Assembly (NCBI RefSeq): GCF_006345805.1
Contig: NC_043004.1
Coordinates: forward strand, 58,838,001-58,902,000
DNA: 64,000 bases
Direction: 5' to 3'
From: Octopus sinensis
Lineage: Eukaryota
Shown: positions 37,661 to 51,580 of the stretch, one piece after another
Position numbering within the stretch: position 1 is the stretch's first letter
How the letters are laid out: each line of letters opens with the position of its first letter
The notes under the pieces: generated by a model
Database searches by the model: none
What the model saw: only the letters and a program-made list of their open reading frames with translations
Told to the model about the DNA's origin: nothing
Position numbers and translations under genes: made by a program

Positions 37661-40525
37661 CTATAAGAAAACAAAAAGAACATTTTAAAGTGACTCAACC
37701 AAATCAAATAATGACAGCCATTAATTCATTTATAACAAAACCATGATACTAATTCCCTTGTCATCAAAAAACTTGCTGTGTTTTGATATGATGCAACCCA
37801 TCCAAGAAAAATTCACATTGACAAAATATCAAGGGATATTTTGTGATCTTACCCTTTAAAACTTAATTTCATTCATCACTTCACGTCCGCTTTCCATGCT
37901 AGCATGGGTTCTTTTACATATTTTATTACTAAGGAAATTTACACTGACATATAAAAAGTTGGAACATTTGCTGGAAAGTAGCTTTCGGTTACAATAACCA
38001 GTATGAGGAACATTGTTTTGTTTCAAAAGAAACTGAGAATAAACTCCACAATGATTTTTATTTTCTATTCACTATATTATTTTGCCATTGTAAATTAATG
38101 AAATCACGAGCCATTACAGTATATCATACTATTGCCCCCATTTTGCACTGCTAACCAATTAAAGTCTCTCTCCTGTGCCACTTCCCATTGAGAGCCTTCT
38201 CCCATTCACCTCCCTGAACATTTTCTAGCGTTACTTATCTAACCCCACCCCTATCATACCCTTGCAACTATTATCCACTATTCCTAACCTTTCCATCTCC
38301 ACATCATCGTCTTGAACACACTACCCTGAGGGGACACTTCTTATTACAACCATCTCTATTTCTTCAGGTATAACCTACACATAATAATATAGTTTAGTAC
38401 TGAATTTTCTTCACAACAATAAACCTTTTCCTGTCTTAGACTTTTCAGCAATCCACATAAAAACACCCCCTTTTCAGTCAAGAAACAAGAGAAAAACTTT
38501 TGGGCAAATTTCTTTGACTAAATCATTGGGTTGACTAATGTTTTCCAAGTGAAACTGGCAGATAGAAACTACACAGATGCTTGTTGTGTAGGTGTTCATG
38601 GCCTAACTTTTAGCAGGAGTTTGAGCAAAACTGTGGCATTATATTTACATTGCCAATAAATATGTTCCGTAGCTAAGGAGACAGGTATGGTTTAGAAACA
38701 GGAAGAGCATCCAGCCGTAGAACATTGTCTCAGTAAATTTTACTCTATCCCATGCTAGTTTAAGAAAAAATAAATATAAAAAACGATGCAGATATGTGTA
38801 CTTCCGAGGTAAGTAAAAATGAAATTTATGCCAATAAATGGAGCAATAGAGGCCAAACTGATACTTTGTACTAAATTTAAAAGCTGATAGTAGGATCAAT
38901 AAAGAAATACTTTTTAAATATACTTAATGAAAAATTATATCACAATCCAACAGTATGGTTATGAAACCGGTCAAAATCGAAATTGAACTTTAACTGGTGG
39001 CATGTAAAAAGCACCATCCAACCGTGGCCGTTTGCCAGACCTGTCTGGCACCTGTGCAGGTGGCACATAAAAAGCACCCACTACACTCATGGAATGGTTG
39101 GCGTTAGGAAGGGCATCCAGCCGTAGAAACATTGCCAGATCAGACTGGGCCTGGTGCAGCCTTCTGGCTTCCCAGACCCCAGTTGCACCGTCCAACCCAT
39201 GCCAGCATGGAAAGCGGACGCTAAACGATGATGATGATGATGAATCATACAATTTTAATGAGAATAAACCTAGCATAAGATGTATATTTAACCATGAACA
39301 TATATTCCAGGTAAAGTATTTCACAACTAATTCCACGACTGACCATCATGGGTATATTGTGAAATAAATTCAACAGACACAACCAAAACCTATGAAGAGG
39401 GGTAATAAAATCTAGACTGATGCTAATCCTGACAACCACCAGTAAGCAACTTCGTCTCATAACCAGTCAAAGCTGCATGGCCGCTGCAGCAGCAATATTT
39501 TCACTCAGATCATTCTAGAAATTAGACTGCATCACATGTTTTCTAGGTGGGTTGTCATTGTGTCTATGGACGGAAATTGGAGACAGTTGTAATTATACAT
39601 CTCATGTAGGTTATCTTTGTCACTAAACCATTTCCTTTTAGCGCCGCCCCGCCTGGCCTCCGTGCCGGTGGCACGTAAAAAGCACCCACTACACTCATGG
39701 AGTGGTTGGCGTTAGGAAGGGCATCCAGCCGTAGAAACACTGCCAGATCAGATTGGGCCTGATGCAGCCTTCTGGCTTCCCAGACCCCAGTTGCACCGTC
39801 CAACCCATGCTAGCATGGAAAGCGGACGCTAAACGATGATGATGATGTATTTGATTTGAGAAAAAGGAATTTGGTTCTCTTAATTATGAAGCACAAATGA
39901 AAAGCAGAAGCAAGACAATAAACTTTTGTTTATTCGTTTTAATTCCAAATTTGTCATCTATTGAATGTGATAAAACTGCAATAATTGAGTTACACAAGTT
40001 GAAGGGAGATGTTAATTAAAGACTGTTCACCCCATTCTCTCTGATAAAGACTAATTCATTTGAAAAAGGAAACAGCTTAATCTGGTGCTAAGTTTCTGTA
40101 TCTTTAAAAATTCTTAGGTACATCTATATCAAATAACTAAAACATTTCAACAATTCCCAGACGCCCACCGTTATCTGAAAAAAACTTACTGCATAAAATC
40201 TCACAATATTTTCTCTATGTACTGGAAAGCATAGATTAATTACAAATTTAAAGTCAAAACAACAAAATATTGGTCTCAAATTTTTGGTACAAGATCAGCA
40301 AGTAAGTTGATTACATTGACCGCAGTGCTTAACCGGTATTTATTTTATTAACTGAAAGAATAAAAGGCAAAGTCAACCTCAGCAGAATTCGAACTCAGAA
40401 CATACAGATAGGCGAAATGCCACTAAGCATTTTGCATGGCATGCTAACAATTCTGCCAGTCTCTCACTGTCTTAGGAAAGAAAAGAAAAAAGAATTATAG
40501 TACCAACAAATTCTAGCATACTTAC

Positions 40526-40587
40526 ATCTTGGATAACTTTGAAGCTTGTCCACCGGTCACTTTGGCAACTCTGAGGTGAGCAAGTTC
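40526..40587 (-). CDS. RPL35: RPL35 exon 3 (62 nt)
   Basis: ttttacag|GAACTTGCT...TCCAAGAT|gtaagt translates to ELAHLRVAKVTGGQASKLSK(I), containing the uL29 LRVAKVTGG motif. Confidence 0.96.
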
Positions 40588-42914
40588 CTGTAAAATTACA
40601 GTGCAATTTCAACATCAGTCACACACTGAGGCATGTAAAACAAAACTATAAAGAGATGATATAACTTATCAGCAAGAAATAGACTTAAAATCTTAGCCTG
40701 AACCCTTTTGTTACGATACTTCTGTTGAAATGCACTGCCTTTGTTACAATTTGGAAAATAATGCAGAATCTACTAAAATATCTTTGTCATTATTAAGCCA
40801 GTGTTTGGAGCCAAAATTAATTTTATGCTTGATGAAAGGTTATAATTTAGAACAATTTAGCATTCAGATTTACTCTGAAATGCAACATTTATTTATTCAT
40901 ACTGTTTTGAATTAATCATGTATTTATTATTTTGTAGCTTTGAAGTTCCAATGATGTGATTATTTATTTTTACAATGATGCTGATCATCATCGTTTAACG
41001 CCCGCTTTCCATGCTAGCATGGGTTGGACGATTTGACTGAGGAATGGCGAACCAGGATCCAATCTGATCTGGCAATTTTTCTACAGCTGGATGCCCTTCC
41101 TAACACCAACCACTCCGAGAGTGTAGTGGGTGCTTTTGCGTGCCACTGGCATAAGAGCCAGTCTGGCAATACTGGCAACGGCCATGCTGAAGTGGTGTTT
41201 TTTACGTGCCACCTGCACTGGCAATGACCACGTTCGAATGGTACTTTTTACGTGCCACTGGCACGGAAGCCAGTCAGCTGCTCTAGCAGCAATCACGCTT
41301 GGATGGTGCTCTTAGCGCTCCACTGGCACAGGTGCCAGTCATCGAATTTGCGAATTTGATTTGATAAGTGTGAGAAGTTGTACACGAGCAGTCTGAATAT
41401 ACAACATGCAGAATATTTGAGCCAGACATGGCCAGTTTAAATATTAAAGGGTTAAAACATGAAGTTTGTATCATAGAACTAGTGGCAGGCTCAAGAAGTT
41501 TTGTGTCAAAAGGAGTTAGAGTACTTTTATACCTTACAATCACATATAACAATGAAAAACAAAAACCGATAGGTAAGATTTAAATGCAACCAGTTTTTTT
41601 TACATTTTAAAGCTATCATCATTATTCAAATGCCTGCTCTCTATGCCAGCATGGCTCAGGCTGTCATAGGTCGAGTCAAGTTTTTTTTCTTTTCTTTTCA
41701 GGTTACTGCCAACTCAGATGAGCCAAAGGACCAAATCTCACTCTAGAACATACTGCAAGTAAATCAACCATTGTGCAGAAATTCAGAATAGTTTATCTTT
41801 CAGATAATTGTCAAATGTAATGCTTATCTATTGACTGTTTTGAAAAGAATTGGGAAGCCCATAAGTTACTTATTTACATTAGGAAATCACCCAGAACACA
41901 TCTGGTTGAGCCATGAGGCATTTATGAGCAGAGTTTTACATTTACGGCACAAGTGATGACACTCTTTAAACTATCACAACCTCAAATACTGACAGCACTG
42001 TTAGATGACAGTAAATGAGATATTTCTAGCATGTTAGGGGATAAAATTTGCTTGCTTCCCAAGCACGGCTTTGGGATGTCTTCATGCACATTGCCTTTCC
42101 TTCCTTCTCGAGTCACACCAACACATAAGGATTGGTTTCCACCTGGGCTGTTGCAAGATTGTTTGCCAGCTGAGTGGACTGAAGCAATGTGAAATGAAGT
42201 GTTTTGCTCAAGAACACAGTACGTCACCTGGTCCAGGGATTGAAACCATAATCTTATGATCAGGAGTCTGACACCCTAATCACTAAGCCATGCAACTCCA
42301 CAGTGGGCAAGTGAGTGCTACTATAGTCTTGGAGATATTACCATCATTGTGCGATTCATGCGAGCAAGTGTTATACAAGCAACATCATTACTTCCAATAT
42401 TCCACAGGAACATGTCTGGCCATGAGGAGATATCATCCTAGTAGGAAAAAGGTGTTTGAGACAGGATGGGCATCTAGCTAGAGAAAATCTGCCCCCAACA
42501 ACCCTCTCGGAGCCAAGCAAGCATAGAAAAGTGAACAAAAACAATGTTATACATATAACTTAGTATGCATGTGTAAAACTGCCATACTATAAACGACAGC
42601 CTGAGCGTAATAATGATAAAAAAAAGCCCAACTTGTTAACTTTCCTTGTATGATGGCCTCGTGTGTTGCCAATTTGAAAGAGTACTTGTCAGTATGAGGG
42701 AACTGCAGAAAGCCTTTGGCTTGACATAATGGGAGCTAAAACTGCATGGTTTTCACAACAGGATTTAGCAGAAATAAAATCTTATTCAAAGGTTTAATAG
42801 CATAAAGTCAAATAAAACTAATTTCCTGCAGCCCTCATGAATCCAGATAACTATTTTATATTAGGCACTCCACTGTCTCTGCAAATTTCCAAAAGCTACC
42901 AAATATATACTTAC

Positions 42915-42989
42915 ATTTTTAAGTTCCTTGACTTGTGTCAACAACTCCTCCTTCCTCTTGCCTCGGAGATCTTTAGCTTTAACTTTAGT
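42915..42989 (-). CDS. RPL35: RPL35 exon 2 (75 nt)
   Basis: ttcttgcag|ACTAAAGTT...AAAAAT|gtaagt translates to TKVKAKDLRGKRKEELLTQVKELKN, matching the uL29 N-terminus. Confidence 0.95.
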
Positions 42990-45900
42990 CTGCAAGAATT
43001 GAACAAGTGACAACAATTATACTACAAGTAAATAATTATGTTCAATCACATTGAAGATTCAAAAACCATACCAATCAATCTGCTTCCAATTAGTTAAGAA
43101 ATTCCAGCAATATTGAAGTTTCATCTCAGATCACGGAGAGAAAGAACAGCGCAAGTAAAAATTTATCAACCTACATGCATTCCCTCTGATTTTGTGTACA
43201 CAGTTGTTAAAACTAACAAATTCATTTGCCCAAACATATATAGTTCAAATTTACAGAAAACTAAAGACGAAAACAGGTCAAAGAACAATCAGATGTATTA
43301 GTATAATGCTCGGGGAGAATGGGAAAGCCTTTGACGTTCTGAACCTACACCCAACAGAGATGATTTAGAGGTTGCAAACCCATTTTTGTATTAGCAGAAG
43401 GAGCTTGGAGATCAAATAGCTTCCAAGATGGAAAAAGACAACCCACATCATAGGAAATATTGTACAGTTGAGTATCCTGCAAATACCTGTCCAAAATTAA
43501 AGCTTTTGAATACTCTTTCACTTTAGACATAATTTTCTATTGGCATTTGCAGAACACCTGCACAAAACATTCACAATAATGAAACTTGCCTTATCTTCCA
43601 TTTCAGTAGCAGTTCAATCCAGATACTACCTAGTCTTAACAGCTTTTATTCACAGAGGAGGAATAAACAACTACAAGGACTCCTTAGTCAAATGTTGAAC
43701 CAATGTTAACAGCAGTACTCAAATGTCTTTGTTTCAGCTCACTCAAGTCATTGCGGATTTTCTGGCTCTATGACTATGGTCCGGCACAAATGTTTTAGGT
43801 TTGATCTTCATTCATAGAGATATAACACAAAACTATCTGCACATATAATAGTTTGATGGAGAGCAAGTTGAGGATAACAGTTACCGAAAGGTATTACCAA
43901 GATACGTTCGTGGATGCCATGCAAATGACCAAATTGTAATGTGTACAGATAGCTACAGAAAAATGAACTTTCAAAGTTTTAGCAGAAAATACTTAACACT
44001 TGATAATTAAAATAAAATTCACTCAGTGACCAACAATCGCCTCTTTTTCAATAACTTCGCTTTATAAACATCAACCTCCACAAATTTCTAAACGTTTTTT
44101 TCCCTGCAACATTTAGGAGGAAACAAAACCGAAAACTAATAATCTGAAATTCAAAATAGCAAACATAACTGCAATTCCACACCCGCGAAAACTGTGTCCT
44201 TGTAAGATTTCATTAAAAAAATGCGATTGCACCCAAGAAGCTATGAGGAAACAAAGTCGCTGTGGCATCAATCTGTACACATGCTAACTTTTCTGTAGAA
44301 TACGAGATGAGCACTACCTTCAAATCAAAGGACACATTTATCTGGTATCCATGGATCACATATATCTATATATATGCTATACATTTACTAAATTTTGAGT
44401 GATCCTTCAATATTGGTCTACACAGATTGTCGGTATGAGAGGTAGTTTGGGCGAGTGACAGCGTGTACCAATACCGAAGGATTAATTTCAACCACCAGAG
44501 TAACATACGACTTCGAAAAGCTTTATATTACAACATAATAAACAAGGGCTAATCCGAAATCAAGGATGAAATGCTTTTGTACTGGCAAAGGTCCAAGGAA
44601 ACATATATAGATCCCTTCGATACTTGTTTTACTCAACTGGAGGGAACTCCATAGTCACACGATGTATATATACTCTTTTACTTGTTTCAGTCATTTGACT
44701 GCGGCCATGCTGGAGCACCGCCTTTAATCGAGCAACTCGACCCCGGGACTTATTCTTTTGTAAGCCCAGTACTTATTCTATCGGTCTCTTTTTGCCGAAC
44801 CGCCAAGTAACGGGGACATAAACACACCAGCATCGGTTGTCAAGCAATGCTAGGGGGACAAACAGACACACATATATATATACGACAGGCTTCTTTCAGT
44901 TTCCATCTACCAAATCCACTCACAAAGCATTGGTTGGCCCGGGGCTATAGCAGAAGACACTTGCGCAAGATGCCACGCAGTGGGACTGAACCCGGAACCA
45001 TGTGGTTGGTAGGCAAGCAACTTACCACACAGCCACTACATATATAAAAATAACAAGAATTGTTAAAAAGAAAATACGTAATTCCGCCTGGCATTATAAG
45101 CAATTTGGCGGATCCTAGTTTAAGCATCCCCCATATAACCCCTCGATAATATGAATTCCTGTGCGTAGAACACAAATGCAATGTACAGGCGTTGACATAA
45201 CTACGAAGTAATTTCCCCAACCACATGGTTTCGGGTTCCAGACCCGGGCCGACGGAAACTAAGACTGTCGTGTATATAAGAATGCATTTATTTGCAGTCT
45301 ACCGCCTCCTAAAAGTCGGTGTTGGTTTGTTCATGTCCCAGCAACTTAGCTGTAACAGTTAAAGTGACCAGTAGAGTAAGTACCAGGGTCGTTTTGTTCG
45401 ACTAAACCCTTCAAGACAGTGCACCCTAATTGCCGCATTCCAATGACTGAAATGAATAAAAAAAAAAATAGAGGGAATTCACACCGCAGCAGTTTTTTTT
45501 TTATGAATGTTAATTAAATGTTAACTCGTGGTTATTCTGCAGATAAATCCTTCCCTTTATTATCAGGTGCTCTCAACCGGGGTCCATTACTCTTTACTCT
45601 TTTACTTGTTTCAGTCATTTGACTGCGGCCATGCTGGAGCACCACCTTTAGTCGAGCAACACGACCCCGTGTTAATAATTTGTGGACCCCGGGACCATTA
45701 TTAAAAATTTGTGCAAAATAAACGTCAATTAACCCTTTTTTTTAAAAAATTGCCCGCAACAAAATGGACATAACATACAAATGAATTTAATAAGCAATCA
45801 ACTCAGAATAAAAAAGGAGTTTGTAAAAAGAAAGATATTATTCCAAGGTTGCAACGTCTTCGAGTAAAAGAAGAAGCAGGTGCACGATATTGAGCTTTAA

Positions 45901-46196
45901 TTAAAGAAATCTAAATATATAATATATGTTAATTTAGGATTTATTCATGAAATAACTATACAAACACGGGAAACGCAAATTTTTTAAAAGATCAAATTAT
46001 GAGCATGGATAACGTGGTGGATACATGGAATATATTACCGTAAAAATAAGAGTGAAATATTCATGTTTCATAATAAAAAGAACACAGTTAATGACTATAA
46101 TAATTAAAGAATACCTAGAGCAGATTTAAGTAAATAAACTGCAATATTAGTGTGAAGATTAACAGAGATAATTTATCGGTAAAAAATAAAACTCAC

Positions 46197-46199
46197 CAT
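46197..46199 (-). CDS. RPL35: 60S ribosomal protein L35 (uL29), exon 1 coding part (ATG only)
   Basis: The minus strand reads CTTCCTTTTAGGGATTAGACCTTCTCAAAG-ATG|gtgagt: a pyrimidine start, then ATG directly followed by a canonical donor. It joins exon 2 in frame. Confidence 0.85.
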
Positions 46200-46785
46200 C
46201 TTTGAGAAGGTCTAATCCCTAAAAGGAAGTTACAATATTAGTTACTGTGAACCTTACCTCACTTCCGGTTATATTAAATCAAGTACTTTTTGAAAATTGT
46301 GATCAGCAATATCTTTTATTTGATATAAATGTGAATAAAAATTATTAAATTGATAAATAAAATAATTGTAATATATCTGACAGAAAAAAACATTAAATTG
46401 AAAATACTTTTGATTTTAATTTTTTGTTTCATTTACCGGAACAATAACGAGAAATGTTTTTTTTTTTTAGATATAATCCTATTTTCATATCACTTTTGCC
46501 GTACTAAAGTTGTCATAATTTATCACCAAATGTTTGAACAAATTTAATTCAGTGTAACTTTTAAATATATTTATGTCAGATAAAATCTAAAAGAGACTAA
46601 AAATAAGTCTGAATTAAAAGAAAAAAAAATTAATTGAAATACGAAAGTAAATGCAAAGTGCGAGCCATTTCCGGGGCGTGGAGCAGACTTAATAATACAG
46701 CGACCGGTTCTCGTCTTTTACTCTCTCAACTAATTTCTTTAGTAAAAATTTCCCCCCTTTTAACATCTACATCACTTTAACGGTC
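46200..46785. promoter_or_regulatory. Bidirectional promoter between RPL35 and ARPC5(L)
   Basis: RPL35 side: TCT/5'TOP motif CTTCCTTTT (minus, ~46221-46229) and ETS/GABP-like CCGGAAGT (minus, 46261-46268). ARPC5 side: YY1-like GCCATTT (46664-46670), ETS-like TTTCCGG (46668-46674) and GC-box GGGGCGTGG (46673-46681). No recognisable transposon lies between the two ATGs. Confidence 0.75.
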
Positions 46786-46925
46786 ATGTCTAAAAACACA
46801 GGTGCCACTTTGTTTCGCAGCTTCAACGTCGATGATTATGACGAAGATAAATACCAAGACGAACAGAACGAAGACCAGAAGGAACAGGGACCGAATTATA
46901 GCGAAGTCGTGAATTTCCTCAACGC
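46786..46925 (+). CDS. ARPC5: Actin-related protein 2/3 complex subunit 5 (p16-Arc), first coding exon; partial gene
   Basis: Translates to [46 protein letters not shown](A). This resembles human ARPC5 [28 protein letters not shown]...GPDEGEVDSCLRQ. It ends in phase 2 at the equivalent position. Later exons were not found in the window. Confidence 0.92.
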
Positions 46926-46935
46926 GTATCCTTTT
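46926..46935 (+). other. U12-type (minor spliceosome) 5' splice site of ARPC5 intron 1
   Basis: GTATCCTTTT is an exact match to the U12 donor consensus RTATCCTTT. Confidence 0.9.
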
Positions 46936-46989
46936 CGTTTTATCTGATTGACAAGCATGCGTGCGTATATATATATGCGAATGGACATA

Positions 46990-47428
46990 CATACATACAA
47001 TCATATATATATATATACATACATACAATCATATATATATATACAATCATATATATATATACAATCATATATATATATACAATCATATATATATATATAC
47101 AATCATATATATATATATACAATCATATATATATATACAATCATATATATATACATACAATCATATATATATATACAATCATATATATACATACAATCAT
47201 ATATATATACATACAATCATATATATATACATACAATCATATATATATACATACAATCATATATATATACATACAATCATATATATATACATACAATCAT
47301 ATATATATACATACAATCATATATATACATACAATCATATATATATACATACATACAATCATATATATACATATACATACATACAATCATATATATATAC
47401 ATACATACATACATACAATCATATATAT
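46990..47428. repeat. Minisatellite (CAATC(AT)nAC[ATAC])n, ~18-22 bp units
   Basis: About 20 directly visible units; the source of the Y/I/H/T-rich ORFs at 46948-47440. Confidence 0.95.
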
Positions 47429-47649
47429 GTGTGTGACTGAGTGGACACAAACGAAAGGAAAGGGTACTCAATACATTTAGGAGTTACATGTATTATTTGA
47501 TTTAAAACAGTTTAATTCGGTTCTGTGATACTTCCAAGTTTCGCCAATCCAAAACTGAAAAAAATCAGACTCACGTTAGGGGCTTGCGACGAAACTTGAA
47601 ACAACAAGGAACCGAATCAAACTGTTTTAAATTATACACACATATATAT

Positions 47650-47683
<34 letters not shown>

Positions 47684-50600
47684 TATATATATATATATAT
47701 ATATGTATGTATGACACCAGCAGAGGTTTGTAAAGTGAGGTGTCATGCTGGTGCGCGGAATTGGGTCTGAAGGAAAAAAAGGTGTGGTTGCAACTTTGCA
47801 TCAATCCTAATAGTTTCAGATAAACATGCAATCAAATATACGCACACACCCTGTCACAGCTTCATCAATGAATACACACACACATACATTTTTGTTTTTG
47901 CGATCTGTCTTTTAAAATTTAAGTCCACCCCCACCAACCATATAATGGTTGTATTGTCAGAATGTCGATGTTTCGTAATCAAGACTTTGAGCAGTTTTAT
48001 TTATGTATTTATTTGCTTTTGTGTGCGACATTACAGGATTTTTTTTTATTATTTTGTGCATATTATTAATTCAGTACCTTACAAAATATAAACAAATTTT
48101 GTTGATTCAAAAAGCAATCTTTGGTAAAAACAAAAACAAAAAAAAAAATTTTTCTATTCACAAGGTTCTTATATAATAATTCCATTCACATGTAGAATGA
48201 TTTATTAGAATATGCTAAACTTTTATATAATGAGGGATTATTTGAGATACTTAAACCAGAATTCTGCATACATACACACACACATGCTTTCTGTCCACTC
48301 CTTTTTGTCACATCCTGGACAGTTTGATGAGGAAAAATGACCACTTGAAGTTTGTTGTTGGCTCTGAGTTCCGTTAGTAGGTCTGAGTTTATCCCACTAA
48401 ATTGATTTTTTTTTTTTTTGCCATATAAAAGTCTATATGTGCTATTATTAAAGAACAGGTTATCTATTCTACAAGGCTGTCTAGTTAACATGTTACAAAG
48501 TATTTTTAACTACACTTTATGTTATGCTCTCCACTACATTCCTGGGGGTGACATCATTACAGATAGAGGAGTTACTGGTTCTTCCTTCACACAAGAGCAA
48601 TGTGTTGTCCTATAAATATATCGTAACATGCGATACACACACTCACACATAATCACACAGCTACACTTTGTATGCTATTGAGGTTATATATGCATTAAAA
48701 TAAGGTTTTACGATATCAGTCGGAAGACACTACCAGAGACTGACCGTTCAACCACACCTCTTTTCACATCTTAGTGGTTTTTATAAGAGATTCTCAGAAC
48801 ATTTGTCAAACTCCTATTACAATTCTGTCTGCAACTTGGATGCCTTTTTGCGAATCGAATTCCGCCGAGGTCGACTTTGCCTTCCATCCTTTCGAGGTCG
48901 ATAAATTAAGTACCAGTTACGCACTGGGGTCGATGTAATCGACTTAATCCGTTTGTCTGTCTTTGTTTGTCCCCTCTATGTTTAGCCCCTTGTGGGTAGT
49001 AAAAAATATATATATTAAGCATTTTATGTGCGCTGTTTGTCCTCTATTCCGTTTAACTCCCTGGTTATGAAATATTCGTGTGACGGGGGCCTAAACAGTC
49101 GTTGGGGTCCGCTGTTTTTGTTAGATTGCAAGTGGTCTCCATTAGGTCCTGTTTGATGAGGTTCTCACTACTTGTCATGATGTCTATGTTATTAGTTCGT
49201 TGGTCACTTAATACATTGTCACGTCTTACTCATTTGCGCTTACTCAGACAGTTGACAGCGACATCTAATTTTTCAATCCTTTCTCTTTCTTTCTCCACTG
49301 GACACGAGCCGCCCAGTCTCAGTTTCATCCCTTTCTATCCTAAAAATGGGATGGTTAATGTAGTTCCATGTATACTATGACTAAAAAAAATAAATAAAAT
49401 GAAGAGATGATCGGGCTTGACCTGGGCTAAAACATAAACATATTTAGTTCTTTCTCTTTTTCTCCATCTCTCTCTCTTTGCCATTGCTGTTGTTACTAGT
49501 GGTATAGTGTCATTTTTATAAGTAATCTTCAACACAGATTTAACATAAGCAATAGACAAGCGAGTCTTGTGGTTGGTAGGTTCATCCAGGGTTGATTAAA
49601 AGTGTCTCTCTATTTAGTCATCTACCGCCCTTTTTGAAAAATAGGTCCAGTGCTATGTTAAAACATCGATTTGATTACTTTTTAGTTTAACGAAGACAGC
49701 TTTAGGATAGGCGTTGGTATCAATCATGTCACCCACTTTCTAAACGGTTTTGACGTCGAGTGTTTTATTTAGTTAATCACTTGCTGGGTCTGGAGGAGGA
49801 GGCAGTGCCATGGCCTTTCTAGGCCCTCCTATACCAGCGGAGTGATGCCATTCCTTTTCACATTCTCGAACCTTTGTACGTCAACACCTGATCCGTAAGA
49901 GGAGGGAATTTCCCGAGGGTCGACATTCTGGGATGGTAGAACTAGGCGTTAGTGATTAAGTGTAGATTTTCGGAGTCAGTGCGTTCTGAAAGCATGGGCA
50001 CATTGGACAGTTGCTCGGGTACCTCACGGGTCTGGGGGGGGGGTCCAATTCTGATTTGTGTATGCTGTGACTTACTGTCGATAAATAAATACTATTAGGG
50101 CCCAAGAGCATTAATTTACCCAGTGTCTGTAAATGCTGCTAAGACTGTCCTACCTTAGGCAAAGAGATTAGATACAACTTGGATGATGAGTAGAGGCGAA
50201 ATTAAACCCAGCCAACTCCAAGAAAATTGCGGGAACAACCTACGAATGTTGGGGTAAAACTTACTAATTAAGCAATTGTGTAATGAAATTACTTTTATTT
50301 GAAGGGGTTGGGGATTCTTGGATCTTTTAATAAGGAGTTCGTTGTTTTTTTTTCTTCATTCTCGAATCTCTGGAGCTGTCTTTCGATTCAACTATCTTTT
50401 ATTTCTCTCCCATGCTTTTATGCACTATGGTTGCCTATTTTCTTCTGTCTATCACGTTTCTTATTCTTACTCTCCATATATCGTAGCATAGAAAACAAAC
50501 TTCGCCATGTCTTCTTATTATATAAAGAGTTCAACGCCCCCCTTTTACCATTTCGTTGCTTAATCACGTGTCAGTTTAAAGGTGAGATATTGACAATCTT

Positions 50601-51511
50601 GAAAATATAATATATAATAAATATTTATATATTGATATTTGTGTGTGTTTATATTTAGTGGCAGCTGTTTGTTATGATCACTAGTTATGTTATCAGACGG
50701 TTATTATTATCAAAGTTAGTGGGGTCCCAAGCATGAACAGTATATTGTTAAATCGTCTCCTTATTGTCATTTAAATTGCTCTGTCCCGAAATCACAGTAA
50801 GCAGATTTCACTATTATATACATGTATGTATATGTGTAGGTAGGTGTGTGTGTGTATCTATATGTATCTGTATGCACACACACGCGCACGTTCATATGTG
50901 CATGAACATGTATATATATATATATATATAATATATATATATACATACATACATACATACATGTTCATGCATACAAACACACACGTCCTTGTCCTTGAAC
51001 CGCGAGATTCGGTTTCTGTCGTGTGATGTGTGTATATATATATTTTTTTTTTCTCGCATTCTGTCTTCTCTGCCAGTATGCCTGGTGGGTTATTAATTGC
51101 TTTCTAACTTCATTTAAATGCAATTATTGTTGTTTAGCTACAGTCGACCCTCATTAAACTGATCCTATGAGAAACGCATACCAACCGTGACCATCCCGTC
51201 TTTTTTCCTTTTTCTGTGACCTCGGGCCAATATTATTCAATATGTCCTTTTCTAAGAGTTGAGTATGATTTAAAATTTTTTAGCTGCTGTTTCTAGCAAG
51301 TCGAACTATTACGTGGCGGTTCCTCGTTTGTTGCTGCTGGTGTGTTTTTTTTTTATTATTATTTTCCATCGATATCGATTGAATTACGATCAATCACATG
51401 GTGGTGGACTCAATTGTCGATTTTAGCGTTCTATCCCTGATTTCGTTTTGTCTTATTTATACTTCATGATAATTAACATATTCAACATATTAATAACGTT
51501 CATTTATACAT

Positions 51512-51580
<69 letters not shown>

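Noticed and set aside
37661-37707. N-terminal [15 protein letters not shown] of ORF 37429..37707
   Set aside because: This is the intron 3 polypyrimidine tract. RPL35 similarity starts after the AG at 37661-37662.
37661-46196. Box C/D snoRNAs in RPL35 introns
   Set aside because: I found no convincing RTGATGA...CTGA pair with a terminal stem by eye. An Infernal or snoscan run would be needed to exclude them.
46948-47440. 159-162 aa ORFs, plus many other Y/I/H/T/C/V-rich ORFs
   Set aside because: They are translations of micro- and minisatellites or of SINE consensus sequence.
50175-50215. ATGATGAG-TAGAGG-CGAAA, a hammerhead-like motif
   Set aside because: C3 of CUGANGA is missing and stems I and III do not form convincingly.
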